A stretch of 64,000 nt of DNA from Candidatus Cloacimonadota bacterium (GTDB lineage Bacteria; Cloacimonadota; Cloacimonadia; JGIOTU-2), in the NCBI GenBank assembly GCA_016932035.1, contig JAFGDR010000031.1:71399-135398 (forward strand). The letters are read 5' to 3'. Below, in pieces: positions 1-8,930 of this stretch. Within the stretch, counting starts at the first letter, position 1, and each line of letters opens with the position of its first letter. The translations under genes were made by a program, and so were the position numbers. The notes under the pieces were generated by a model, which was not told where the DNA came from, did no database searches, and worked only from the letters and a program-made list of their open reading frames with translations.

Positions 1-207
1 TTTGATGCGCTTCATCGTTTCTAGTCCATCCATACGAGGCATGACCATATCGACCAGGTATAGGTCGAAGTCATCATAGTTCATCTTATCGAGACCATCC
101 TGACCATCAACTGCGAGCGTGACTTTGTAACCTTCTTCTTCTAGGAATTCCTTGCAGAGCTCTCTGATGCTATCCTCGTCATCGATGATTAAAATGTGTT
201 TTTGCAT
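1..207 (-). CDS. Response regulator receiver domain (runs off the window edge, 3' partial)
   Basis: Hand translation from ATG at 207: MQKHILIIDDEDSIRELCKEFLEEEGYKV...DLYLVDMVMPRMDGLETMKRIK. It has the acidic DD pair and the phospho-acceptor D-x-x-M-P-x-M-D-G motif. Confidence 0.9.
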   Translation of the reverse strand, partial: MQKHILIIDDEDSIRELCKEFLEEEGYKVTLAVDGQDGLDKMNYDDFDLYLVDMVMPRMDGLETMKRIK

Positions 208-224
208 AAAACTATCCTGCTATA

Positions 225-1124
225 TTATTTATTTCGTGCTTTTTTTATCAGGGGCAATCGTTTAAGCTCCTGCAACCGAGCAAGGATGCCATTGATCTTA
301 TTAATTGCTTCGGTTATTTGATTGCTTGATTTATGAAGTTTCTCATCATCATACTGGCTTGCAGCCTTTTTTACCCTGCTCAATGAAAGAGATATGATGC
401 TAAGTGGATTATTGATATCATGATCGATACCCGCCAATGATGCAGAAACCCTTACAACCTCCTCATAATCAGATAATGCTTTTTCATCAGATACGATCTT
501 ATCTTCTTTATCTTTAAGGAACTCTTCTTGATTTTTCAGCTTGTCATTTGCTTCGAGGACCTTAAGTGAGAGTTTTCTTACCATATCACTTATATAACTT
601 GAGATAAATGCGATAACAGTAAACAGACCGGTATATGAGATAAGAAAAATGGTTTGTGTTGCAGCATTTGCTTCATATGGTTGACCATTAACAGGAGCTA
701 GCCATCCGAAGTTGTACATGAGGATAAGAAGAAGCAGACTTAAGCTTCCGATCATAGCAGCAATGAAACCACCAGCTTTTTCGATCGACAAACTCGCAGT
801 TACAACAGCAACAAGGAATATCCATACGAAAGAACTATTTAATCCACCAGTAAGATGAACGACAATTGTACCGAATATAATATCAAGCACGATCTGTGCA
901 GCCCCGATAAGATTGTTTGATGTTATAATCTGAAGATGAAACAATATGTTGAGCACGCTAATACCAAGAAAAGCACCTACGAATGCCACAATTGGAAAAG
1001 TTTGTTGTATCATACCAATGCGAAGCAGACCAATTGCAAACAATATGAGCACAATGAACCAGCGAATTTTAAGCCACCAGGAAAACATCAATTTTTCCGA
1101 GTCTAATAATCTTATTTGTTCCAT
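225..1124 (-). CDS. PilS-like polytopic membrane sensor with a HisKA/DHp domain but no HATPase domain
   Basis: About 6 hydrophobic helices including HLTGGLNSSF, a coiled coil, then H-box GIDHDINNPL. The protein ends about 60 aa later with no N/G1/F/G2 boxes. Confidence 0.65.
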   Translation of the reverse strand: MEQIRLLDSEKLMFSWWLKIRWFIVLILFAIGLLRIGMIQQTFPIVAFVGAFLGISVLNILFHLQIITSNNLIGAAQIVLDIIFGTIVVHLTGGLNSSFVWIFLVAVVTASLSIEKAGGFIAAMIGSLSLLLLILMYNFGWLAPVNGQPYEANAATQTIFLISYTGLFTVIAFISSYISDMVRKLSLKVLEANDKLKNQEEFLKDKEDKIVSDEKALSDYEEVVRVSASLAGIDHDINNPLSIISLSLSRVKKAASQYDDEKLHKSSNQITEAINKINGILARLQELKRLPLIKKARNK

Positions 1125-1145
1125 ATGTCTATCCTTTTATGCTTT

Positions 1146-2036
1146 TTATTCTTCATTCCATTCGACAATTTTTAAGGTTATTGATATTGGTAGCGCTTCA
1201 AGAGCATCCTGAATTGCATCAACATCAAAAGATACAACAGCATGAGCACCCAGAGATGCATCATCAATAACATATACAGCACCAGTGATATCAGAATGAG
1301 CCCCAAGAGAAAGTTCTCCAAATACGACAAGGATACCCTCGAACACTATTTGAGCAGTAGCATTAAAATCTCCGTTTACGATAAGAATTCCAGCACCCGA
1401 CCAATAGGATTGAACCCTCAAATCATTATTCATCCACGTAAGACTATCGGGCATAGGTTCGTTGTTGGCAGGAACTTCAATATATGATCCAAGAGAAATG
1501 CATTCATCTTTAACTTCCTGCTCTGTTAAGCCAAAGGTTTCTTCGAAATCGAAGGTGGAGTCTTCAATAACAATTCCATCAACTACAGCTTTTGCCTTAA
1601 CTGTAATTGAACCCCCAGTGACAATGGCTGCTGTGATGTTAGAAACAACACCTTCTCCTGTGAAAAAGGCAAATTTCGCAGAACTATGATGACTTTTTAT
1701 AGAGCCAAGCACATCATAACTGACCCATGAGTCTATCTTAATTTTACCATCACTCAATGTGGCATAAGATAGACTATCTATGGTGCCATCCATAATGGCG
1801 AGGGAGGTGAATCCTTCGATGTATCCATGAGTACTATCAGCAAAACTTACTTTACCTTGCAAGAGTTGTTTAATACCATACTGAACTGCATAGTTAGCCA
1901 GAGAACGAGCTTGTATCCCTGCCTCATCATCTGTAACTATTTCAGGAACGACTTCGCTCTTCTTGTTACCTATAACAACAATTGTAATCGCTATTGCAAT
2001 AAGTATAATGACAATGATCAATATAACTCTATTCAT
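1146..2036 (-). CDS. PilX-like minor pilin / pilus-associated protein
   Basis: N-terminal hydrophobic helix, an A..LA.YA...GI..L helix, a glycine-rich beta C-terminal half (GAGILIVNGDF, FEGILVVFG), a terminal IVEW motif, and position in the pil cluster. Confidence 0.6.
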   Translation of the reverse strand: MNRVILIIVIILIAIAITIVVIGNKKSEVVPEIVTDDEAGIQARSLANYAVQYGIKQLLQGKVSFADSTHGYIEGFTSLAIMDGTIDSLSYATLSDGKIKIDSWVSYDVLGSIKSHHSSAKFAFFTGEGVVSNITAAIVTGGSITVKAKAVVDGIVIEDSTFDFEETFGLTEQEVKDECISLGSYIEVPANNEPMPDSLTWMNNDLRVQSYWSGAGILIVNGDFNATAQIVFEGILVVFGELSLGAHSDITGAVYVIDDASLGAHAVVSFDVDAIQDALEALPISITLKIVEWNEE

Positions 2037-2045
2037 TTTATCATG

Positions 2046-3968
2046 TTATGGTTGCCAATATATTATTTCAACATCTTCAAGGGTAGTATCGCCGATTTCT
2101 TCTTCTTCATCAACCTCATCTTCGTCTATTTCTTCGTCGTCTACCTCTTCTGGTTCAGGGAGTCCAGGATCAGGAGTTACGGTTGGTTCAGAACAGGTAA
2201 TCTCTATCCACCAGTGACCTTTTGATTGGTTCCAGTTTCCACCATGAGTATTTCTTAGATTAACAGTCATGTCATCAGACCAAAAAGTATATGTTGTATT
2301 TGTCGAGAGAGAGATGTTGGTTTCATTAACGGTTATTGAGTTTCCACCTGTTTTAACACGCATTCGTATTTCAGAAGCAGATCCACTATACGTATATGAA
2401 GAACCATAGGAGTTCAAAGTATTCCTGTCGATCTGACCACTTGGTGTTTGCATCTGGAATCGTTTTGATGAATTATTGGTCGGATTAATATTTAGGTCAG
2501 CTTCCATTGAAAATGTTGGAGTTTCTGGTTCTTCTTCAACATCGAGTTCTTCTTCCTGTTCTCCACCAGAGTATGATACAAGAATCGAGGCAAAACTGGT
2601 ATGGTCATTTTCGTTGCCATATTCATCTTCGCTGACATGGGCAGAGATGTCAACCTGTACAACATAAGAACCAGTGACTGCAGGTGTATCATCACTTGAG
2701 TCATCAATATCGGGAATAGGATCTATCCAACCAGTGTTGGCAGTAATAGTACCACTGCCCGTTATTGTAATTGTATTGGCAACAAGAATACCGCTGATAC
2801 TTCCAGAACCGGTAATTGATGCGTCTGCGTTCGGAGCATAAAGAGCACGCACATATGCATTAGCAGCACCATTTACATCGATCGTTGAGCCGCCACATAT
2901 TATGTGACCGGTAATGCCACCCGAACCACCAATTCTCAAATTAGCATTCTCAATATAAATTGACCCATTATATTCAGTTGCACCTGCCAAATCGAGATCA
3001 GTTGCACCTGAGTAATACATGTGTACCTTACTCGCATCTCCGCTAGTATTGATCACACTACTTCCTGTGAGGGAGAATGTGTTTTCTACATAAAGAATTA
3101 AGTTTCCAGTGCCCTGTAATTCAATATGTCCTTGACCGATACTAAGACTGCCCACAACTATTCTTCTCGTACCAGAACCAACATCAATTGTAATTGTTCT
3201 GTTTCCCGAAGCACTGATTGAAGAGTAATAACCATCTTCATCGATAAGATATTCACCAGATGGTGGTCCAGCTGTGCTGAAAGAACCACGATTTGTCAAC
3301 TCAGGGAAGTCGGGATAATCTGGAAGAGGATAGCTTCGGGCTGAAGGTAGATCTGTAATAGTACCTGTTATATTATCTTCGGGGACTCTCCCCCAACCTT
3401 GGGAATCTATTACATCATTATAATCTGCTCCAGGACCGACATAGAAATCTCCTTCAACAACGGTACTCCACGCAAAGGTGACACTATTATTTGCCGTTGA
3501 ATTTGTTCCAGTTGTTCCATTTATTCTCGCACTACCAGTAAGCGTAATATCCCCATTTGCAAAGATCATATCAAGAGAAGGAATGGTTGTTCCTTCCTCT
3601 TGTTCCTCTTCCTCATCTTCTTCGTCTCCACCTCCCCCTTCCACACTTTGCGTGTCTCCAAATTCATAGGTGATCATATCGATGCTGCCATCTAATGCAG
3701 GAACTTCAAAGAAGGCAAAATGATAGGAACCACTTTCGTTATCAAAAATAGAAGTATTGGTTTCTATAATTTGCTCATTTAGCACTTGCCTGATTGCCCA
3801 TTTGAGAGCATAAGATCCAAGATTTATAAGTTCAGAATGCACTTCATTAGATGCAATTTTTTCTGGTATGACATCTGCCTTACGTTCTACAGAAAGAGTC
3901 ACAGAGGCGATAACAACGATTACCGCGAGAAGCAATGCCATAATTAAGACTGCTTTGCCCATTGGCAC
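2046..3968 (-). CDS. Large PilX-like protein with inserted passenger domains (putative tip adhesin)
   Basis: N-terminal TM helix, similarity to the 1146..2036 paralogue at three separated segments, a Gly/Ser/Thr-rich beta-solenoid-like region, poly-Glu/Asp linkers and terminal IIYWQP. Confidence 0.6.
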   Translation of the reverse strand: MPMGKAVLIMALLLAVIVVIASVTLSVERKADVIPEKIASNEVHSELINLGSYALKWAIRQVLNEQIIETNTSIFDNESGSYHFAFFEVPALDGSIDMITYEFGDTQSVEGGGGDEEDEEEEQEEGTTIPSLDMIFANGDITLTGSARINGTTGTNSTANNSVTFAWSTVVEGDFYVGPGADYNDVIDSQGWGRVPEDNITGTITDLPSARSYPLPDYPDFPELTNRGSFSTAGPPSGEYLIDEDGYYSSISASGNRTITIDVGSGTRRIVVGSLSIGQGHIELQGTGNLILYVENTFSLTGSSVINTSGDASKVHMYYSGATDLDLAGATEYNGSIYIENANLRIGGSGGITGHIICGGSTIDVNGAANAYVRALYAPNADASITGSGSISGILVANTITITGSGTITANTGWIDPIPDIDDSSDDTPAVTGSYVVQVDISAHVSEDEYGNENDHTSFASILVSYSGGEQEEELDVEEEPETPTFSMEADLNINPTNNSSKRFQMQTPSGQIDRNTLNSYGSSYTYSGSASEIRMRVKTGGNSITVNETNISLSTNTTYTFWSDDMTVNLRNTHGGNWNQSKGHWWIEITCSEPTVTPDPGLPEPEEVDDEEIDEDEVDEEEEIGDTTLEDVEIIYWQP

Positions 3969-4051
3969 CTCCTGGTAAAAAGTTTAATATTACCATCAAT
4001 AAACAATGTAAATTGCCTTTTTGTCAATACATTTCTATTTATTATCATCAG

Positions 4052-4600
4052 TTATAAATATAGATTTTTGAAATATTTCCAGATTTGAATTCTGTGTCTA
4101 ATATATCTTTTATCAATATCATCTCTATACGTGTCGTATTCAAACTCCATTGTCATTTGTACATAGCGAACAAGGGAGTCAGCAGGATTTGGATTATCAT
4201 TTACATCGTAATATATAAATTGAACCCCGTAATCTGAAAGCCCGAAGGGTCCGAGAATCGGATCAGGATTGCCGTCAACATAAACAGAAAGCTGCTTCGA
4301 CCCAGCCACATTTTCTTGACCCATATTTACCAGATGTCTGGTTCCTCCGACACTGTCAGCATACGAGTATGTAAAGAGTGTGTCTTGCGCAGCAATAACT
4401 GCCGAATCTGCGACGCCAGCACCAACGAGAGAAAGATATGTTTCAACGACAGAAACAACATCTTCAGATATTTCGACAAGCTCTATCTGTTGGGAAGTAT
4501 TAACGCCAATTGCATGAATATTGATAATACAAGCCACCATGGTCAGAATGAAAATTCCACCGATGATCGTTGCACCGATTGCTTCTAATACTGTAATCAT
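4052..4600 (-). CDS. Minor pilin-like protein
   Basis: Begins M-ITVLE-AIGATIIGGIFIL, which resembles a mature pilin N-terminus with Glu at +5, followed by a soluble domain. It lies in the pil operon. Confidence 0.6.
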   Translation of the reverse strand: MITVLEAIGATIIGGIFILTMVACIINIHAIGVNTSQQIELVEISEDVVSVVETYLSLVGAGVADSAVIAAQDTLFTYSYADSVGGTRHLVNMGQENVAGSKQLSVYVDGNPDPILGPFGLSDYGVQFIYYDVNDNPNPADSLVRYVQMTMEFEYDTYRDDIDKRYIRHRIQIWKYFKNLYL

Positions 4601-4602
4601 AA

Positions 4603-5037
4603 TTAATAATAAAGGTCCACAAAAACTTTGCTTATTGGTGATTGAGGCATTCCAATCCAGAGCGTATCACCATCCGGATGCAATGTCCATGTATTAATAT
4701 CAACACGGACGAATTCCGGTGATGCAGTAGTTGTATCTACCCCTGTTCGGGTGCAGGGGGATGTTACTATATTTATATGATAAACCTGGTCAGAAACCGA
4801 AAGGGAGTCTGAACGATTATCGTAAGTAGATTCCAAGGCATCAAAAGAGAGGAGTTCTCCAAGAATTTTTGATTCTATTTCCTGAAAATATTTATCAACA
4901 ACCTTTTGTCCATTGAGAAGATACATTCCTTTGTATGCGAGATCTGCTTGGTCATATAGACTATTATAAGTTGTAAGGTAAATGGTTGAAAAGAGAACCA
5001 TTGCTAGGAGGATGAGGAAGATCTGCCCGTATGTCAT
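4603..5037 (-). CDS. Minor pilin-like protein
   Basis: MTYGQIFLILLAMVLFSTIYL single N-terminal hydrophobic helix, 144 aa, directly after pilB. Confidence 0.55.
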   Translation of the reverse strand: MTYGQIFLILLAMVLFSTIYLTTYNSLYDQADLAYKGMYLLNGQKVVDKYFQEIESKILGELLSFDALESTYDNRSDSLSVSDQVYHINIVTSPCTRTGVDTTTASPEFVRVDINTWTLHPDGDTLWIGMPQSPISKVFVDLYY

Positions 5038-5039
5038 AT

Positions 5040-6824
5040 TTAACCTTCTGATGTTGCATAGGACACTTCAGAAACAGAAGTAAGTCCTTTTCGGATTCTA
5101 TCCAGACCTGAGTCAAGCAACGAAAGCATGCCCTGGCCTTCTGCGATTTTACGAATCTTTTCTTCGTCAATTTCTTCACCTGACTCCATGATCACTTTTC
5201 GAATCTCGTCAGTAAAATAGAGGGCTTCGCAAATATTAACACGCCCCTTATAGCCGTTCATGCACTTCTTACATCCAGGACCAGCTTCATAGACGAGTCC
5301 CTTTTTAAGATCATCTTCAGTAAGACCAAGTTCAAGAGCGCCTTTATATTTATCCCTGGAAAGAGGTCTTCTGCATTCAGGACAGAGTCTTCTTACGAGA
5401 CGCTGAGCAATAATGATATTGACTGCATAGGCAAGCAGGAAAGTCTCTACACCCATTTTATATAATCGGGAAATAGCACTTGGAGCATCGTTTGTATGGA
5501 GTGTAGAAAAAGTCAGATGTCCGGTATTTGCAAGTTTTACAGCAACATCTGCAGTGATCTTATCTCTTATCTCACCAACCATGACGATATCAGGATCGTG
5601 TCTGAGGATAGAACGAATTGCCTGATCAAATGACATCTTTGCACTTATTTTTAACTGACGTGCACCTTTTATAACATACTCGACAGGATCTTCACATGTG
5701 AGCACGTTTCGAGAGGGATCGATCACATGGTGAAGGGCAGCCATCAAGGTTGTGCTTTTTCCACTTCCGGTTGGACCGGTAAGAAGAATGATACCCTTTG
5801 ATTTGTTTACTGCTTTTAAGAAATCTGATTCTGCTTGTTTTTGTAAACCAAGTTTTGCAAGGTCTGTGATAACGTTTCTGTCATCGATAACACGGATGAC
5901 GATACTTTCGAACCTTCGTTCATATTCAGATGATATGATTGGGAGAACAGATACACGAAAACGGATCAGGTGTCCATCGACAACTCGTTGAGCAAAACCA
6001 TCCTGTGCATTATCTCTTTCGAATCGGTCGATACCATTTGTTCTGTCCTTAACAACTGCAGCTATTGCTTCTGGTGAGGTCTTTTCCTGCCTATGCCATT
6101 GATGAAGCTTGCCATCTACACGAAAGAGGAAATCAACATTCGAGCGCTGAAAGGGGATGATATGAATATCACTTGCACCTTTTCGAACAGCTTCTATAAG
6201 ACTTCCCTCGAAAAGGTTTACGAGAAGGCTTTTATTGATTTCTTCATCTAAAGCATATTCGTCTACACCCTCTGCCTTTCCTTCTTCTTTAACTTCTTCC
6301 ATCTGCTCGCCTGCCTCACTGAGAAGTTCAAGGAATTCATTTTTTTGAGGGGCAATGATCTTGATCAATTCCTCAATGGTAGTGAGTGAGCAGTATGCGA
6401 CTTCATATTTTTTGAATTCAGTATTGAGGGGTATTTTTTCTACAATTTTATCTGTTGGGTCAGCTGCAAGTATGATGAGCGTTGTACGCCTTCCTTGCGC
6501 AAGTTGGTAAGGTAAGACCTTCTTATAAAGCAACTCTCTTTTAAGATTTTCAGGAAATTTTGAAAGGATCTCGCGTGTTTGGCTTATTTGTGCCTGATCT
6601 AATTTATCGACATTAATGTCAACTTTCCTGAATGCATAGAGATCAGCCAGAAGACCATAAACATCATCGTGCTTGACCTTCAGGTCAGTTACAAGGATAT
6701 CTTCCAGACGTCGTGGATTATACGGATCCTCATCTGCTTGGATGATAAGAGCCTTATTCAAAGTATCTTTATCAATGATTGCTTTATCGACCAGCAGCTT
6801 ACCTAATCTTGATTTTCCTAACAT
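5040..6824 (-). CDS. pilB: Type IV pilus / T2SS assembly ATPase (PilB/GspE family)
   Basis: Walker A GPTGSGKSTTL, EDPVEY, LRHDPDIVMVGEIRD, HTNDA and a CPEC...CKKC zinc site. Start moved to ATG 6824 (MLGKSRLG), which has an AAGGA SD. Confidence 0.92.
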   Translation of the reverse strand: MLGKSRLGKLLVDKAIIDKDTLNKALIIQADEDPYNPRRLEDILVTDLKVKHDDVYGLLADLYAFRKVDINVDKLDQAQISQTREILSKFPENLKRELLYKKVLPYQLAQGRRTTLIILAADPTDKIVEKIPLNTEFKKYEVAYCSLTTIEELIKIIAPQKNEFLELLSEAGEQMEEVKEEGKAEGVDEYALDEEINKSLLVNLFEGSLIEAVRKGASDIHIIPFQRSNVDFLFRVDGKLHQWHRQEKTSPEAIAAVVKDRTNGIDRFERDNAQDGFAQRVVDGHLIRFRVSVLPIISSEYERRFESIVIRVIDDRNVITDLAKLGLQKQAESDFLKAVNKSKGIILLTGPTGSGKSTTLMAALHHVIDPSRNVLTCEDPVEYVIKGARQLKISAKMSFDQAIRSILRHDPDIVMVGEIRDKITADVAVKLANTGHLTFSTLHTNDAPSAISRLYKMGVETFLLAYAVNIIIAQRLVRRLCPECRRPLSRDKYKGALELGLTEDDLKKGLVYEAGPGCKKCMNGYKGRVNICEALYFTDEIRKVIMESGEEIDEEKIRKIAEGQGMLSLLDSGLDRIRKGLTSVSEVSYATSEG

Positions 6825-6843
6825 ATACTTTTTCCTTAATCTT

Positions 6844-8187
6844 TTACATGCCCGGTGTTTTTGGTGATACAGTAGCGATTTCCGCAGATACAACAGTGAG
6901 AGCAGTTATAACAATACCGATAAATGCACCAATCAATGTTTGAATGGACTGTATAAGATTCTGCATTTTGTATGTTGTTTCTTTTTCATAGAATTTTGCG
7001 ATTTGTTGAGCGGCCGTAAGAACATTACCCGTTTCCGAACCGGTTTTAAATCTGCTTAATGTTGTATGATTGAAAACCTTTGCAGCTGATAGTGCAGGGA
7101 CAAGTGACATACCTTCTTTCAACATAAGAGGGATGGTGATTTCTTTTATATTCTTTTCCATATATGCATTTCTACAAGCTTCTGCAGCAGCCTGGATCGT
7201 CTCAATGTTATTCTCTGCACCAGAATAGATAGCTGCAAAAACGCGGCAAAATATTTCAATGCTCGATTTATGAAGAAGTTTTCCAACGATGGGAAGCTTT
7301 ATAATCGTCCTATCACGCCACACACGACCATCAGGTGTACGCCACCATATAACAAGTCCGATTATCGGAATAATTACCAATAATGCCATCCACCACCAGT
7401 TTGCTGCAAAGAAATCACTCATCTGCAGTGTTGCTGCAGTCATAGGCGGCACCTCAACACCCGATTTGATGAAAAGCTCGGCGGTCGTGGGGAAAATTGA
7501 AATAATGTAGTAGAGCACAGCTGCAATCATGGCAAGAACAGTAAACATTGGTGTCATCAATGCCTGGCGGAGGCTTTTTTTATATTCCATATCCCTTTCC
7601 ATGAACTTCGCAGTTGCATCATATACCTCAGACATATTACCGCTTTTTGTTGCAAGACCCAACATATAAGCTGGAAATTTGCCGAACACATCTGCGTAAC
7701 GGTTAAAAACTTCTGTTCCTTCCTTTCCTTTTTTAAGCTCTCCTTCAATTTTCTTAAGTGTTGATCTCAATGTAGGATTAGTTTCCTCTTCAGCAAGCAT
7801 GCGGAGAATTTTATCATAGCTCATCTGTTCCTTAAGAAGAAATGAACTTAAGTTTACGAACATCAGGATATTGGCAAATGATGGTTTCGACTGAAAATCA
7901 AAGAGGACAGGTTCGATCTTTGCGTTTGAATATCCAATACGAGAAAGTGCTTGAATGAGTTCAATTTTGGAAAAAGCTGCCTGTTTTCCCTTTACCCTCT
8001 TACCACTTGGCAGTTTAATCCTGTAAATGAAATTCCGTTTTGGATCAATTTTATTTACTGTAATATTTTGTTTGAGTTCGATGTCACGGATAAGTTTTTT
8101 CGCGCTTGTGGAGTTACTCGCAAGAACGACGCCTTGAACGGGCGAGTCAACTTGGTTAATTCCCGTATAGCGAAATTCTTTAAGCAT
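6844..8187 (-). CDS. pilC: Type IV pilus inner-membrane platform protein (PilC/GspF family)
   Basis: Two T2SSF-type domains (GEESG-like motifs LATKSGNMSEV and GSETGNV) and three TM segments; lies between the pilin gene and pilB. Confidence 0.9.
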   Translation of the reverse strand: MLKEFRYTGINQVDSPVQGVVLASNSTSAKKLIRDIELKQNITVNKIDPKRNFIYRIKLPSGKRVKGKQAAFSKIELIQALSRIGYSNAKIEPVLFDFQSKPSFANILMFVNLSSFLLKEQMSYDKILRMLAEEETNPTLRSTLKKIEGELKKGKEGTEVFNRYADVFGKFPAYMLGLATKSGNMSEVYDATAKFMERDMEYKKSLRQALMTPMFTVLAMIAAVLYYIISIFPTTAELFIKSGVEVPPMTAATLQMSDFFAANWWWMALLVIIPIIGLVIWWRTPDGRVWRDRTIIKLPIVGKLLHKSSIEIFCRVFAAIYSGAENNIETIQAAAEACRNAYMEKNIKEITIPLMLKEGMSLVPALSAAKVFNHTTLSRFKTGSETGNVLTAAQQIAKFYEKETTYKMQNLIQSIQTLIGAFIGIVITALTVVSAEIATVSPKTPGM

Positions 8188-8207
8188 GTTTTAAGGGAGT
8201 AAAATCA

Positions 8208-8236
8208 GGGAGGTATAATAAAAACTTATACCTCCC
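8208..8236 (-). terminator. Hairpin between the major pilin gene and pilC (terminator/attenuator or mRNA stabiliser)
   Basis: GGGAGGTATAA-taaaaac-TTATACCTCCC: perfect 11-bp stem, followed by TGATTTT on the minus strand. Confidence 0.65.
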
Positions 8237-8264
8237 AATAATTCTACATTACGTAATAATGCGT

Positions 8265-8687
8265 CTAGTTATCAATTGCCATTGAAACTGGATCAGCTGC
8301 TGTAGCTGTAATAGTGGCAGTAACTTTTGTGTTATTTGTACCATCATTACCAACTTCAGTACCAGAACCGACAATTGTGATAACGCTTGCACTTCCACGA
8401 GTAAGCGCGTAGGTACCATTGTCATTGGAATAGGTGCCGTCAGAAGCAAATCCAATCCAAATTTCTAATGTATCCATTGAAGCCTCAAAAGCTCTTCCAC
8501 CACCACCGTGTGATGTCGGTGTCTTGTAATAAGCGATCATTTGTGATGCAAAATTGTTCGCATCAGCAACAAGCGCTTGACGATTAGCATTCTGTGCTTG
8601 GGTATTAAACATTGTAATACCAACTGCAACGGCAATACCCACGATAATAACGCTCAAGACAATGAGCAGAATTTGTTGAGTTCCCAT
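8265..8687 (-). CDS. Major pilin-like protein with an atypical MGxQQ N-terminus
   Basis: MGTQQILLIVLSVIIVGIAVAVGITMFN hydrophobic helix plus a small Thr/Ala/Ser/Gly-rich globular domain. Strong SD (CAGGAGG), first gene of the pil operon, followed by a hairpin. Confidence 0.75.
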   Translation of the reverse strand: MGTQQILLIVLSVIIVGIAVAVGITMFNTQAQNANRQALVADANNFASQMIAYYKTPTSHGGGGRAFEASMDTLEIWIGFASDGTYSNDNGTYALTRGSASVITIVGSGTEVGNDGTNNTKVTATITATAADPVSMAIDN

Positions 8688-8754
8688 GGGATCCTCCTGG
8701 GTTTTATTTTTGTTCGTAACTCACAAACGTCACATCTATCAACATTACTATATA

Positions 8755-8772
8755 ATACAAGTTCCGTGCCAA
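8755..8772 (-). promoter_or_regulatory. Putative sigma54 (-24/-12) promoter of the pilin gene
   Basis: Minus strand reads TTGGCACGGAACTTGTAT = TGGCAC-N5-TTGT, against the consensus TGGCAC-N5-TTGC. It lies about 70 bp upstream of the pilin ATG. Confidence 0.65.
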
Positions 8773-8876
8773 GATTGAAAATGATAGATTTTTAAAAATC
8801 TTTGCCTTACAACTACTATGCTATGAGCACTTCTAGCGTTCTGATATCAGAAGAGAACAAAAAAACTTATTGAGAA

Positions 8877-8929
8877 AGTGTTATAAAAAAGCGACGCTGT
8901 TGCCGAGGGTGTAATAAAAAAGATACACC
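8877..8929. promoter_or_regulatory. Tandem palindromic sites, putative enhancer (UAS) for a sigma54 activator
   Basis: GGTGTA-ataaaaaaga-TACACC (8908-8929, perfect 6-bp arms) and AGTGTT-ataaaaaagc-GACGCT (8877-8898) share a near-identical spacer and are 31 bp apart. Confidence 0.5.
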
Positions 8930-8930
8930 G

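Noticed and set aside
2085-2150. TCTTC/TCATC-like tandem runs (also near 2525-2560 and 3594-3640) suggesting microsatellites or a repeat array
   Set aside because: They are the codons of poly-Glu/Asp linkers in the PilX-like protein, with no spacer structure.
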